Assembly (NCBI GenBank): GCA_963718525.1
Contig: OY970355.1
Coordinates: forward strand, 416,001 to 480,000
DNA: 64,000 bases
Source of the DNA: Candidatus Dormiibacterota bacterium
GTDB lineage: Bacteria; Chloroflexota; Dormibacteria; Aeolococcales; Aeolococcaceae
Direction: 5' to 3'
Shown: positions 19,705 to 29,129 of the stretch, in pieces
How positions within the stretch are numbered: the first letter of the stretch is position 1
How the letters are laid out: each line of letters begins with the position of its first letter
The notes under the pieces: generated by a model
What the model was told of the DNA's origin: nothing
The model's database searches: none
Seen by the model: the letters and a program-made list of their open reading frames with translations, nothing else
Made by a program: the position numbers and the translations under genes

Positions 19705-20601
19705 ATGGGCAACGACGTGACGGCAACCAGCGCGAGCGCGAACGCGCTGACAAGTCAGGTGATCGACCGGCTGGACGCGTGTCCCGATCCAAGGCTCCGC
19801 GAGCTGGTCAGGGAACTCGTCGCCCATCTGCACCAATTCGCTGTGGAGCAGGCGCTCACCGACTCCGAGTGGATGGAGGGCATACGATTCCTCACCGATG
19901 TCGGCCAGACGTGCACCGCGCAGCGTCAGGAGTTCATCCTGCTGTCGGACACGCTCGGGCTCTCGATGCTCGTTGATCTCATCAACCACGGCGCGGGGAG
20001 CGGCGCGACGGAGTCGACGGTGCTCGGGCCGTTTTACGTCGAGGGTTCACCGTGGCGAGCCGACGGCGACGCGATAACGGACGACCTCGGAGCGAATCCC
20101 CTGCTCGTCACGGGGCACGTGCGTGACACCGCCGGCCGGCAGCTGCCCGGTGCCACGGTCGACGTGTGGCAGAACGCCACCAACCAGTTGTATGCGGTGC
20201 AGGATGCCGGCCAGTCCCCGGACAACCTTCGCGGCAGGTTTCGCACCGACGACACCGGCCAGTTCTCCTTCCGCACGGTGCGACCGGTGGACTACCCGAT
20301 CCCGGACGACGGTCCCGTCGGCCGGATGTTGCGGGCAACCGGCCGGCATCCGTGGCGCCCCGCGCACATCCACTTCATCGTGTCAGCTGATGGGCACCAC
20401 TCGGTGACCACCCACATCTTTGATTCCGAGAGCCCGCACCTCAGCTCGGACGTGGTCTTCGGTGTCAAGCCGTCGCTTGTGCGGACGCTCGTGGTGCACG
20501 ACCCGGCGATTGAGGACGCGCCCCCGGGCATCCGGGGACGCTGGTACACGGTGGATATCGAGGTGGCGCTCGAGCCCGCTGTTGCAGCGGCGTCGAGCTA
20601 G
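19705..20601 (+). CDS. Intradiol ring-cleavage dioxygenase (hydroxyquinol/catechol 1,2-dioxygenase family)
   Basis: RQEFILLSDTLGLS, ESTVLGPFY, Y.IP.DGPVG, WRPAHIHF (iron-ligand motif). Confidence 0.92.
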   Translation: MGNDVTATSASANALTSQVIDRLDACPDPRLRELVRELVAHLHQFAVEQALTDSEWMEGIRFLTDVGQTCTAQRQEFILLSDTLGLSMLVDLINHGAGSGATESTVLGPFYVEGSPWRADGDAITDDLGANPLLVTGHVRDTAGRQLPGATVDVWQNATNQLYAVQDAGQSPDNLRGRFRTDDTGQFSFRTVRPVDYPIPDDGPVGRMLRATGRHPWRPAHIHFIVSADGHHSVTTHIFDSESPHLSSDVVFGVKPSLVRTLVVHDPAIEDAPPGIRGRWYTVDIEVALEPAVAAASS

Positions 20602-21386
20602 CCTGCGGGCTGCGCCTCGTCCTCCAAGTGCTGCTGCATCCTGCGCATGCCGCGCAGCCAGCGCTCCGAGTTGTCGGTCTTGCGCTGCATCCATGTCTGT
20701 GCGATCGGATCGGAGAGCACGAGAAACTGCTCCGCACGCACCGCGTCGACGACGGCTGCGGCGACGTCCTCGGGTTCCTTGATCGGCCCGGCCACTGAGG
20801 CTGCGAAGCGCGGATCGGCACGCTCCAGCATCGGTGTCCTCACGCCCAGCGGTGCCAGCAGCGATACGCGGATACCTCGATGGTGGTATGTGATCGAGAG
20901 CCATTCCGCCAGCCCGACCACCGCATGCTTGGTGGTCGCGTAGGTGACGTTACCGTGGCTGGTGAGGATGCCCGCCATCGAAGCTGTGTGCACCAGGTAG
21001 CCGCTTCCGCGCGCGAGCATTGCCGGCAACACGGCTCTGACCGCATACACATGGCCCATGACGTTGATCGCCCACTGCTCGTTCCACACATCGGGTTCGG
21101 TGGTGAGGATGTCGCCGCCGGTCGCAACGCCGGCGTTGCTGAAGCAGATGTCGATCGGTCCGAGGCGCGCGGCGACATCGGCGGCCATCGCGTTGACCGA
21201 AGCCTCGTTGCTGACGTCAGTCGTGACGGCGATCCCATCGACCTCTGACGCGACCGCCTCGCAACCTTCCCCGTCTCGATCCACCACCGCGACCTGCGCG
21301 CCCGCGGCGGCAAACGCTCGACACGACGCGGCCCCGATGCCACTGGCCCCGCCGGTGATGACGGCGACCTTCCCGCTCAGTTCCAT
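20598..21386 (-). CDS. SDR family oxidoreductase
   Basis: TGGASGIG, NAG, YATTK. Confidence 0.93.
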   Translation of the reverse strand: MELSGKVAVITGGASGIGAASCRAFAAAGAQVAVVDRDGEGCEAVASEVDGIAVTTDVSNEASVNAMAADVAARLGPIDICFSNAGVATGGDILTTEPDVWNEQWAINVMGHVYAVRAVLPAMLARGSGYLVHTASMAGILTSHGNVTYATTKHAVVGLAEWLSITYHHRGIRVSLLAPLGVRTPMLERADPRFAASVAGPIKEPEDVAAAVVDAVRAEQFLVLSDPIAQTWMQRKTDNSERWLRGMRRMQQHLEDEAQPAG

Positions 21387-21388
21387 GG

Positions 21389-22156
21389 TCAGTGCTTGAC
21401 TTCCTCCGGAGTCTCATACCAGCGCATCCGTTCACCCACGCGGCTGCGCAGTCGCCATGCCCTTGACTTCGGAGCCGCCTCGCTCGCCTGCAGGAGCATG
21501 GTGATCTGAGCCGCGACATCATGGGGGACCCCGGGCAGGGGCTCTTCCGTCCACAGCTCCGCAACCTTCTGCGCATTTCGTTCGACGGTGTGGCAGAACC
21601 CCCAGTCCCTCCCCAGGACCGAGCGCACCCGGGGAAGGCTGATGCCCTCCGCATCGCCGTCGTCCTCGGTCATCGCGTGGTCGGCGATGAGGCAGAGCGT
21701 GTCGCCGAGGTCCTTCCGATTGATCTCCCAGACCTGAAGCTTGGTGAGCAGCAGGTCCGCCAGGGTGATGGTCGGCGCGGGCCCATCGAGCCGGCCGCGC
21801 AGGTCGAGCTTGTGCGACATCACCAGTTCATCGATGACCACGTCGATGGACCAGCGGCCCGCCGGCTCGCCGTAATAGAGGCGGGTGGCTCCGTGGAGCC
21901 CGTTGAAGAACTGGTCGGGGAGATACCCCTGGGTCATAAGGAGTGCCTTGAACTTGTTGGCAGTTGCAGCGCTGATGGCGAAGTCCATGTCGTCGTACGA
22001 GCGCGCGAACGGTCCGTCGTGCACGCTCGGACAGCGCAGCCAGATCGCCAGTCCACCGATCAGCCGCGCGGAGAGCCCCAGGGCGACCGACGCATCCGCA
22101 AGCCGCTTCGCCTCGTCGCGGATGTCGGAAAGGATCGGCGTCTCGTGGTCCGCCAT
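21389..22156 (-). CDS. Uncharacterised nucleotidyltransferase-like protein (Pol beta superfamily motifs)
   Basis: RLIGGLA...RSYDDMDF (GG then DxD), later IDVV, ADLLLTKLQ, INRKD. Confidence 0.7.
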   Translation of the reverse strand: MADHETPILSDIRDEAKRLADASVALGLSARLIGGLAIWLRCPSVHDGPFARSYDDMDFAISAATANKFKALLMTQGYLPDQFFNGLHGATRLYYGEPAGRWSIDVVIDELVMSHKLDLRGRLDGPAPTITLADLLLTKLQVWEINRKDLGDTLCLIADHAMTEDDGDAEGISLPRVRSVLGRDWGFCHTVERNAQKVAELWTEEPLPGVPHDVAAQITMLLQASEAAPKSRAWRLRSRVGERMRWYETPEEVKH

Positions 22157-22187
22157 CAGCGGGATCCCATCAGCATCCGGACATGGT

Positions 22188-22219
22188 AAGGGCGGCCGGT
22201 GGTATCACCGGCCGCCCTT
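22188..22219. other. Perfect 14-bp hairpin between APC permease and nucleotidyltransferase-like gene
   Basis: aagggcggccggtg-gtat-caccggccgccctt. Confidence 0.75.
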
Positions 22220-22239
22220 CCAGCCAGGGGCAGAGTCGC

Positions 22240-23862
22240 TCACTCCGGCGGGAGTTCCTTGTAGACGAACCCGATGTTCACGCCCTGCCGGGCGCGTATG
22301 AAGCGCGGAACGTAGTAGAGGAGCGCGCCACCCACGATCAGTGCGGCGAGCCAGGCGGGGATCCACCAGAAGTCGGCGCGGTTGCCGTTCATGACCGAGA
22401 GTGGATTGATGAACGAGATGGCGATGATGCCGACGAATTCCAGAATCGACAGCGTGCCGACGATGTAGAGCACCGGTATTCCGAGGAATTTCACGTTGGC
22501 CGGCGACGCCTGGTACAGGTCGGGTCGTCGTATCGGCAGCGCAATTGCCGCCAGGCCGACGATGATCACCGCGAGAGAGCCGGCGAGAACGATCAGTCCG
22601 AGCACGAGTTGGAACTGGTTCCCGTAGACGCTCCAGATCACCAGCGCGGCAATGATCACGTTGGTGACGATGATCGCGTTGACGGGCGAATGGGTCCGCT
22701 CGTTGACGTTGGCGAGGCTCTCGGGCATGAGCCGGTCGAACGACCATGCGAAGAAGGACCTGATCGGCATGAACGTGTTCGCGATCATGGAGGGGAGGGA
22801 CCAGAACAGGAACGAGCCCATGATGATCACGGTCAGGATCGGCGTGTTGAAGACCAGCGATGCGAGGAAGGGATAGAACGGCCCGGACGGGATGTGATAC
22901 GCGGCATTGCCCGCGGAGTTGAGCGCGTACACGAAGTTGTAGCCCGCGACCCGGAAGAGCAGCAGGACGCCGATGACCAGCAGGACGGTGTCCCACCCGA
23001 GCGCCCCGAACATCACCGACAGCTGACGGCGGCGGTTCGAAGCGCTCTTCAGCTCGCCGGACATGTACACCGACCAGAAGTTCCACATCATGAAACCCTG
23101 GATCGAGAAGAGTGTCGGCAGGGTCGCGCTGAAGTTCCAGAAGTTCGGTGCCGCCCCCGCCGCTCCGGGCGCCCCTTTGATCACCGCCGCGACGTTGCCG
23201 CCACCAAAGCTCTTGTTGAGGGTGTCGAAGTGCGAGAAGAAGTCGCCCTGGCTGCCGATGAGCAGCACGATGAACGCCACCAGCGTCCCCGCCATGGCGA
23301 TGATGAAGGAGTAGTTCTGCCAGCGGAAGGTTGCCTTGGTACCGCTGATGAGGATGAGCGTCTGCAGCGCGACCATGAAAAGCGACGCTCCGAGGATCCA
23401 GCTGTTGTTGGTCTGGAACGACGTCCCCCAGCTGATCAGCGTGTTGTTGTTGGCGAACGAACCCAGCGCAACCAGCACCGGGCCGAGTGCAAGCAGCGAG
23501 AAGAACTTCGCGAAGAAGGCGGCCCCGAGGAGACCGCCCATGATCATGCAGAGGTTGGAGATCAGTGCCAGCGGTGGTGAGAGCACGCGACTGACCCAGA
23601 CGTAGTCGCCTCCCACTCTCGGCATGCTTGCCCCAAGCAGCGCGAACATGATCAGGACGGGGATGTTGATGATCGCGACGAGGATGAGGACGCCGACGAC
23701 ATCCGCGCCGGGGAACGCGACCAGCGCGAAGAAGATCGAGTACGCGATCGTCGATCCCACCGGCGCCGAGATCACCGCATTGAAGATCGTGGCATCGACT
23801 GCCGAGGCCGAGCGCACCAGCCCCGTGCTGTTGCGGACGAACAGCCTGCTCGAGGTTGCCAT
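22240..23862 (-). CDS. APC family (amino acid/polyamine) permease
   Basis: LFVRNSTGLVR, MPRVGGDYVWVSR, GELK, FAWSFDR, C-terminal YKELPPE; about 12-14 TM; GGAGG upstream. Confidence 0.9.
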   Translation of the reverse strand: MATSSRLFVRNSTGLVRSASAVDATIFNAVISAPVGSTIAYSIFFALVAFPGADVVGVLILVAIINIPVLIMFALLGASMPRVGGDYVWVSRVLSPPLALISNLCMIMGGLLGAAFFAKFFSLLALGPVLVALGSFANNNTLISWGTSFQTNNSWILGASLFMVALQTLILISGTKATFRWQNYSFIIAMAGTLVAFIVLLIGSQGDFFSHFDTLNKSFGGGNVAAVIKGAPGAAGAAPNFWNFSATLPTLFSIQGFMMWNFWSVYMSGELKSASNRRRQLSVMFGALGWDTVLLVIGVLLLFRVAGYNFVYALNSAGNAAYHIPSGPFYPFLASLVFNTPILTVIIMGSFLFWSLPSMIANTFMPIRSFFAWSFDRLMPESLANVNERTHSPVNAIIVTNVIIAALVIWSVYGNQFQLVLGLIVLAGSLAVIIVGLAAIALPIRRPDLYQASPANVKFLGIPVLYIVGTLSILEFVGIIAISFINPLSVMNGNRADFWWIPAWLAALIVGGALLYYVPRFIRARQGVNIGFVYKELPPE

Positions 23863-23892
23863 TGCGACCCTCCGGCGGTCCACCGCCACCAA

Positions 23893-23950
23893 CTTGACAC
23901 ACGCGTCGAAAACCTGCAGAGTTTGAACACAATCGAACACCAGTGTCAAG
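23893..23950. promoter_or_regulatory. Overlapping divergent promoters with tandem DeoR-type repeats
   Basis: TTGACA on + (23894-23899) and on - (23949-23944) flank 10-bp-period repeats gtttGAACAC aatcGAACAC (23921-23940). Confidence 0.6.
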
Positions 23951-24042
23951 AGGCTCATGGACACGGAGGCACAACTTCCGGTCAAGACCCGACAAACTCA
24001 TGAGCAGTCGACACAAGTAGTTCCACGGAGGAGACGCCCAAG

Positions 24043-24873
24043 GTGTTAGCCGTCGAGCGGCGCTTGAAGGTGCTGGAGCGGGTCGCGGAAGACCAGGCGA
24101 TCGAGGTCAGCACGCTTGCGCGGGACTTCCAGGTCAGTGAGATGACGATCCGGCGCGACCTGCGCCGGCTGGAACGCGATGGTTTCGTCCGCCGGACCTA
24201 CGGGGGCGCAACGACACGACTGGTACGTACGTTCGAGGTCGGCGCCAACGCGCGAACGCTCCACCACGCCAGGGAAAAGCGTCTCATCGCGAAGCGCGCC
24301 GCCGAGCTGACCGTGGGCGTGCGCGCGATGTTCCTCGGCATCGGCACGACGGTCGAACACTTTGCTCGACTGCTTCCCGTACGTGAGGACCTGATGGTGG
24401 TCACCCCGTCGCTTGCAGTTGCGAGCCTGCTCGGCACACGCAACGTACGCGTCATCATCGCGGGCGGGTTGGTGCGCCAGGACGAGTTGACCTGCATCGG
24501 CGCGTCGGCGGTGGAGGCGGTGCGACGTTACAACACCGACACCGCTGTGATCGGTGCAGCCGGGCTCTCCGCACGACGCGGGATCACCGAGCTCGACGAT
24601 CGCGATGCCGACGTGATTCGGGGCGGTCTCGAGCGCACCGAACGCGTGATCGTGATCGCCGACGGCTCAAAGTTCGGTGCGGTGGCGATGAGCACCGTGA
24701 TGCCCATAGAGCAGGTCGCAACAATCGTCACCGACAGCAGCGCCGACGCGATGGAGATCGAGCGCATCGAGCAGGCGGGTGTCGAGGTTGTCGTTGCCGG
24801 GCAGGAGTCATCCCTGCTCCGCCCGTCGGAAACCGGCAGGACACGCCTCAACGACGTGCGCAGGCCGGCGTGA
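24043..24873 (+). CDS. DeoR/GlpR family transcriptional regulator
   Basis: VSEMTIRRDL HTH, RTYGGA, EKRLIA, GTT, ADGSKFG. Confidence 0.95.
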   Translation: MLAVERRLKVLERVAEDQAIEVSTLARDFQVSEMTIRRDLRRLERDGFVRRTYGGATTRLVRTFEVGANARTLHHAREKRLIAKRAAELTVGVRAMFLGIGTTVEHFARLLPVREDLMVVTPSLAVASLLGTRNVRVIIAGGLVRQDELTCIGASAVEAVRRYNTDTAVIGAAGLSARRGITELDDRDADVIRGGLERTERVIVIADGSKFGAVAMSTVMPIEQVATIVTDSSADAMEIERIEQAGVEVVVAGQESSLLRPSETGRTRLNDVRRPA

Positions 24874-25685
24874 CTCTTCTACGTCGGATATTCGGCGTGG
24901 ACAAGCCGGTGGTCGCGATGCTCCACCTGCCGGCGATGCCTGGCCGCCCCCGGCACGACCGCGCAGCCGGGATGCGACACCTCGTCGAGACGGTCGAACG
25001 CGATCTCGAATCGCTGCAGAGCGCCGGCGTCGACGGGTTTCTCTTCTGCAACGAGGCCGACCTGCCATATCAGATGCGCGTGGGCCCGGAGGTTGCGGCC
25101 GGTATGGCGGCCGTGATCGGTCAGGTGCGCGATCTGATCACGCGCCCCTTCGGTGTCGATCTCGTGTGGGACCCGATGTCGAGCCTCGCCGTCGCACGCG
25201 CCACGGGCGCGTCGTTCGTCCGCGAGGTCTTCACCGGGGTCTTCGAGAGCGATCTCGGCCTGATGCAGCCCGACTTCGGGGCCATCGCCGCGTATCGAGA
25301 GCAGATCGGCGCCGGCGCTGTGGCCATGTTCAGCAACATCACCCCGGAATTCGCGAGCAGCCTCGGGAATCGATCGATCGCGATGCGAGCTCGCAGCGCC
25401 GCCTTTCTGGGTGTCGACGCCATCTTGATCAGCGGTCAGATGACCGGGACCGCGACACACATCTCGGAACTCCACGAGGCCAAGGACGCCGTGCCGGAGA
25501 CGCCCGTCCTCGCCAACACCGGCGTCCGCGAGGAGACCGTCGACGAGATTCTCGCCATCGCGGATGGCGTCTTCGTCGGGACCAGCCTCAAGCAGGATGG
25601 CATCACCTGGAATCCGGTCGACCCCGCGCGCGCCGGGCGATTCATGACCGCGGTCCACCGAGCGCGCGAGGCGGTTCCCGCCTGA
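24870..25685 (+). CDS. BtpA/SgcQ family TIM-barrel protein (paralog 1)
   Basis: KPVVAMLHLP..PG.P, GVDG..FCNE.D.PY, DAILISG, ANTGV, ADG..VGTSLK.DG. Confidence 0.9.
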   Translation: MTLLRRIFGVDKPVVAMLHLPAMPGRPRHDRAAGMRHLVETVERDLESLQSAGVDGFLFCNEADLPYQMRVGPEVAAGMAAVIGQVRDLITRPFGVDLVWDPMSSLAVARATGASFVREVFTGVFESDLGLMQPDFGAIAAYREQIGAGAVAMFSNITPEFASSLGNRSIAMRARSAAFLGVDAILISGQMTGTATHISELHEAKDAVPETPVLANTGVREETVDEILAIADGVFVGTSLKQDGITWNPVDPARAGRFMTAVHRAREAVPA

Positions 25686-25702
25686 CATGGCGAGCGGCTG
25701 AC

Positions 25703-26653
25703 GTGCCGAAGACGAGGATCTACTTCGTCAGCGACCTGCACGGATCCAGCGTGTGCTTCAGGAAGTTCATCAATGCCGCGAAGGTCTATGACGCGAACGT
25801 CCTCATCCTGGGCGGCGACGTGGCAGGGAAGGCGATCCAGTCGATCGTCCGCGCGCCAGGCGGCCGCTGGCGATGCCGATTCGTCGGCACCGACTACGAC
25901 GTCGTCGAGGGGCCGGAGCTCGTCGCCCTCGAGAAGCTGATATCGGACCACGGCTACTACCCATATCGCGCCGACCCCGGCGAGCTCGAGGCCATGGAAG
26001 CGAACGGCGGCCTCGACGACCTCTTTCTGCGACTGATGCGCGAGCGGCTGACCGAGTGGCTCGACCTCGCTGATGCGCGCCTGCGCCCACTCGGCATCCC
26101 GCTGTACTTCATGCTGGGCAACGACGACCCCGAGGCGCTCGGCGCTCTCCTCGACAGTGCCCCGTGGGGCACGCACGACGAGGGCAAGGTCGTCTGGCTC
26201 GACGACGAGCACGAGATGATCAGCTGCGGGTACTCGAACGTCACGCCGTGGCACACCTACCGAGAGCAGGACGAGGCACATCTCCGGGCTTCGATCGATG
26301 CGATGGTCCCGGCCCTCGAGCACCCGGAGCGGGCCGTGTTCAACCTGCACCCACCACCCTTCGGCACCCAGCTCGATGAGGCGCCGCTGCTCGACGCAAA
26401 CCTCCAGGTCCAGGCGACCCTCGGGCAGGTGCGCATGGTCCCGGTGGGAAGCACAGCCGTGCTCGAGGCCGAACAGGCCTACCAGCCGATGCTCGGGCTG
26501 CACGGCCACATCCACGAGTCCTCGGGCATCCGGCGGGTCGGCCGCACGGTCGTCATCAATCCGGGCAGCGACTACTCCACGGGAGCGCTCAACGGTGCGC
26601 TGATCACGCTCGACGGCGACAGGGTCAAAGCGCAGCAGCTGGTTCGCGGGTAG
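25703..26653 (+). CDS. Calcineurin-like metallophosphoesterase (uncharacterised)
   Basis: SDLHGS, GGDVAGK, LGNDD, HPPP, LHGHIHES, INPGS. Confidence 0.9.
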   Translation: MPKTRIYFVSDLHGSSVCFRKFINAAKVYDANVLILGGDVAGKAIQSIVRAPGGRWRCRFVGTDYDVVEGPELVALEKLISDHGYYPYRADPGELEAMEANGGLDDLFLRLMRERLTEWLDLADARLRPLGIPLYFMLGNDDPEALGALLDSAPWGTHDEGKVVWLDDEHEMISCGYSNVTPWHTYREQDEAHLRASIDAMVPALEHPERAVFNLHPPPFGTQLDEAPLLDANLQVQATLGQVRMVPVGSTAVLEAEQAYQPMLGLHGHIHESSGIRRVGRTVVINPGSDYSTGALNGALITLDGDRVKAQQLVRG

Positions 26654-26657
26654 CGCA

Positions 26658-28211
26658 ATGGCCACGTCCGCCGCTCACGCCGACGCGCTCGTGTCCGTCG
26701 ACGTGGGCACGTCGGGGGCTCGCGCCACCGCATATGACACCGCCGGCGCGATGCTCCTCGAGGTGCGCCGGCCGTACCCGACGAGCATGCCGCGCGACGG
26801 CTGGGCCGAGCAGGACGCGCGGCGCTGGCGATCGTCGTCACTCTCCGCCCTCGCCGCGCTCGTCGAAGGCCTCGGCGGCCGGCACACCATCCACGCGATC
26901 GGCCTGACCGGGCAGTGCCCGTCCGTAGTCCCGGTCGATGGCCGGGGTGAGCCTTTGCGTCCGGGACTCATCTACCGGGACAACCGGGCGGTCGCGGAAG
27001 CCGAGTCGCTGAACGAGGCCTTCGGTGCTGAGGCGCTCCATACACTGACCGGGCACGTGCCGGCCGCCTTTCACGTCGCCGCGAAGATCCTCTGGATTCG
27101 CGCCCACGAGCCGGACGTCTTCGAGGCGGCTCGGCTCTTTCTGCAACCCACCGAGTTCCTCGCGCTGACGCTGACGGGAGAGGCGGTCACGGACTGGAGC
27201 ATGGCCGCGGCCAGCGCGATGCTGCATCTGCGCGAGCGGCGATGGGCACCGGCGCTCGTCGATGCCGTGGGGCTCGACATGGACCAGCTGCCGGTCCCTC
27301 ACGCGTCCTGGAGCATCGTGGGTGAACTTCGCCCGGCGCTGGTCCGGCGCCTTGGGCTGATCCGGACCATCCCGATCGTCGCCGGAGCCGGCGACAGCAT
27401 CGCGTGCGCCTTCGGGGCTGGAGTCACGACCCCCGGACCGGTCAGCGAGATGGCCGGGAGCTCGACGTGCCTCAACACTGTGGTGGCCGAGCCCGTGGCC
27501 GACCTCGCGGTGACCCACTATCCGAGCGCTGTCGGGCCCGACGGGTACGTGACCGAGGTGGGGATCAACACCGCCGGTGAGGCGGTGGACTGGATGGCCT
27601 CGCTCGCCTACGGCGGCCGGTCAGGCCGTCTTCGCCAAGCAGATTTCGACATCCTCGACCGCGAGGCCGGCGAGGTGGACCTGGGATCGGACGGCCTGCT
27701 CTTCGTCCCGGTGCTCGGCGACGGCGAGCGCGACGACCCGACGCTCCGGGGCGCGGCGATCGGGCTGTCGGTTCGCCATCATCGGAAGGCGCTCGCGAGG
27801 GCGGTCTTCGAAGGGGTCGCATTCGCGATTCGGGCGCACGTGGAGACCCTCGGCGAGGCGAGCACGCCCGCCACCGAGATGCGCGTCTCGGGGCGCCCCG
27901 CCTCGCTCGGGACGTGGAATCACATCAAGGCCGACGTGCTCGGCATCCCGGTGCTCCGTGTCCCGGGCGACGCGACGACGTCCGGCGTGGCCATGCTCGC
28001 CGGACTCGGCGTCGGCATCTTTCCGGATGCCCGGTCCGCGATCGCGGTGGCGTGCCGCCCCGACGCGCCGATTCAGCCAGATCTTGACAACCACGACAGA
28101 TACACACCCATCTACGAGCACTACCGAGACGTGGTCGCGTCGAGCACGCTCCACGCCGACGACCTCACCGCCGCGCACCCGTCGCGACGCCATGCGAAGG
28201 AGCACGCGTGA
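26658..28211 (+). CDS. FGGY family carbohydrate kinase (xylulokinase-like)
   Basis: DVGTSG, WAEQD, TGQ, YRDNR, KILW, GAGD, AVFEGVAF, KADVLG. Confidence 0.93.
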   Translation: MATSAAHADALVSVDVGTSGARATAYDTAGAMLLEVRRPYPTSMPRDGWAEQDARRWRSSSLSALAALVEGLGGRHTIHAIGLTGQCPSVVPVDGRGEPLRPGLIYRDNRAVAEAESLNEAFGAEALHTLTGHVPAAFHVAAKILWIRAHEPDVFEAARLFLQPTEFLALTLTGEAVTDWSMAAASAMLHLRERRWAPALVDAVGLDMDQLPVPHASWSIVGELRPALVRRLGLIRTIPIVAGAGDSIACAFGAGVTTPGPVSEMAGSSTCLNTVVAEPVADLAVTHYPSAVGPDGYVTEVGINTAGEAVDWMASLAYGGRSGRLRQADFDILDREAGEVDLGSDGLLFVPVLGDGERDDPTLRGAAIGLSVRHHRKALARAVFEGVAFAIRAHVETLGEASTPATEMRVSGRPASLGTWNHIKADVLGIPVLRVPGDATTSGVAMLAGLGVGIFPDARSAIAVACRPDAPIQPDLDNHDRYTPIYEHYRDVVASSTLHADDLTAAHPSRRHAKEHA

Positions 28212-29125
28212 AGGTCAACCTGGGCATCAACACGTGCTTCGCCCTGAAACGATGGCCGCGCCCCGCCGACTGGGCTTCGATCGTTCACAACGAGCTCGGG
28301 CTCGATCTGGTCGAGCTGTCACTCGACCTCGTCGAGGGCACGGAGACCTTCGGTGGCAGCCGCGATGCGGTGGAGCGCCATCGCGCCGCACTGGACGCCA
28401 ACGGCCTCCGCGCGCACGCCACATTCACCGGCCTGGCGGCGTACTCGCTCGATCTGCTCATGCATCCCGACCAGGGGCGGCGAGAGGCTGCGGTGCAGTG
28501 GTACCGGAGCGTCATCGACCTCACCGCCGCGCTCGGAGCTCGCGCCACCGGCGGACACGTCGGGGCGATGAGCGTTCCCGACTGGACCGATCCCGAACGG
28601 CGCGCCGAGCGATGGGAGGGCATGAAACGCGATCTCGAAGCGATCGCCGCCCACGCCAGCTCGGCGGGACTCGAGTATCTCCTCGTGGAGAACCTGGTAT
28701 CGGTTCGTGAGCCGTCCACCATGGCGCGGATCGAGGACCTGCTCACCGACGGCGATGCCGGGCACGTCCCCTGGCGCCTCTGCCTCGACGTCGGCCACCA
28801 GTGCGTTCCCGGGACCGAAGGCGCGGAGCGCGATCCATACGCATGGCTGCAGCGCTTCGGAAGCCGCCTCGCCGAAGTCCAGCTGCAGCAGTCGGACGGC
28901 ATCGCCGACCACCATTGGGCATTCACCGAGGAGCACAACGCCGCCGGTCTCATCAACCCCGCGATGGTCCTCGAGAGCCTGGAGGCCGCCGGTGCCGGGA
29001 TCGTCGATCTGATCTTCGAGATCATCCCGGGGTTCGAGGATCCCGACGATCGCGTGGTCGCCGACCTGCTGTTCTCCGTCGACCTGTGGCGGAGTGCGAT
29101 TGACGCGCGTGGCGCCGAGAGCTAG
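28208..29125 (+). CDS. Xylose-isomerase-like TIM-barrel sugar(-phosphate) epimerase/isomerase
   Basis: LGINTCFALKRWP, VEN, CLDVGH, QQSDG..DHHW, FEI metal-binding pattern. Confidence 0.8.
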   Translation: MKVNLGINTCFALKRWPRPADWASIVHNELGLDLVELSLDLVEGTETFGGSRDAVERHRAALDANGLRAHATFTGLAAYSLDLLMHPDQGRREAAVQWYRSVIDLTAALGARATGGHVGAMSVPDWTDPERRAERWEGMKRDLEAIAAHASSAGLEYLLVENLVSVREPSTMARIEDLLTDGDAGHVPWRLCLDVGHQCVPGTEGAERDPYAWLQRFGSRLAEVQLQQSDGIADHHWAFTEEHNAAGLINPAMVLESLEAAGAGIVDLIFEIIPGFEDPDDRVVADLLFSVDLWRSAIDARGAES

Positions 29126-29129
29126 ACCG

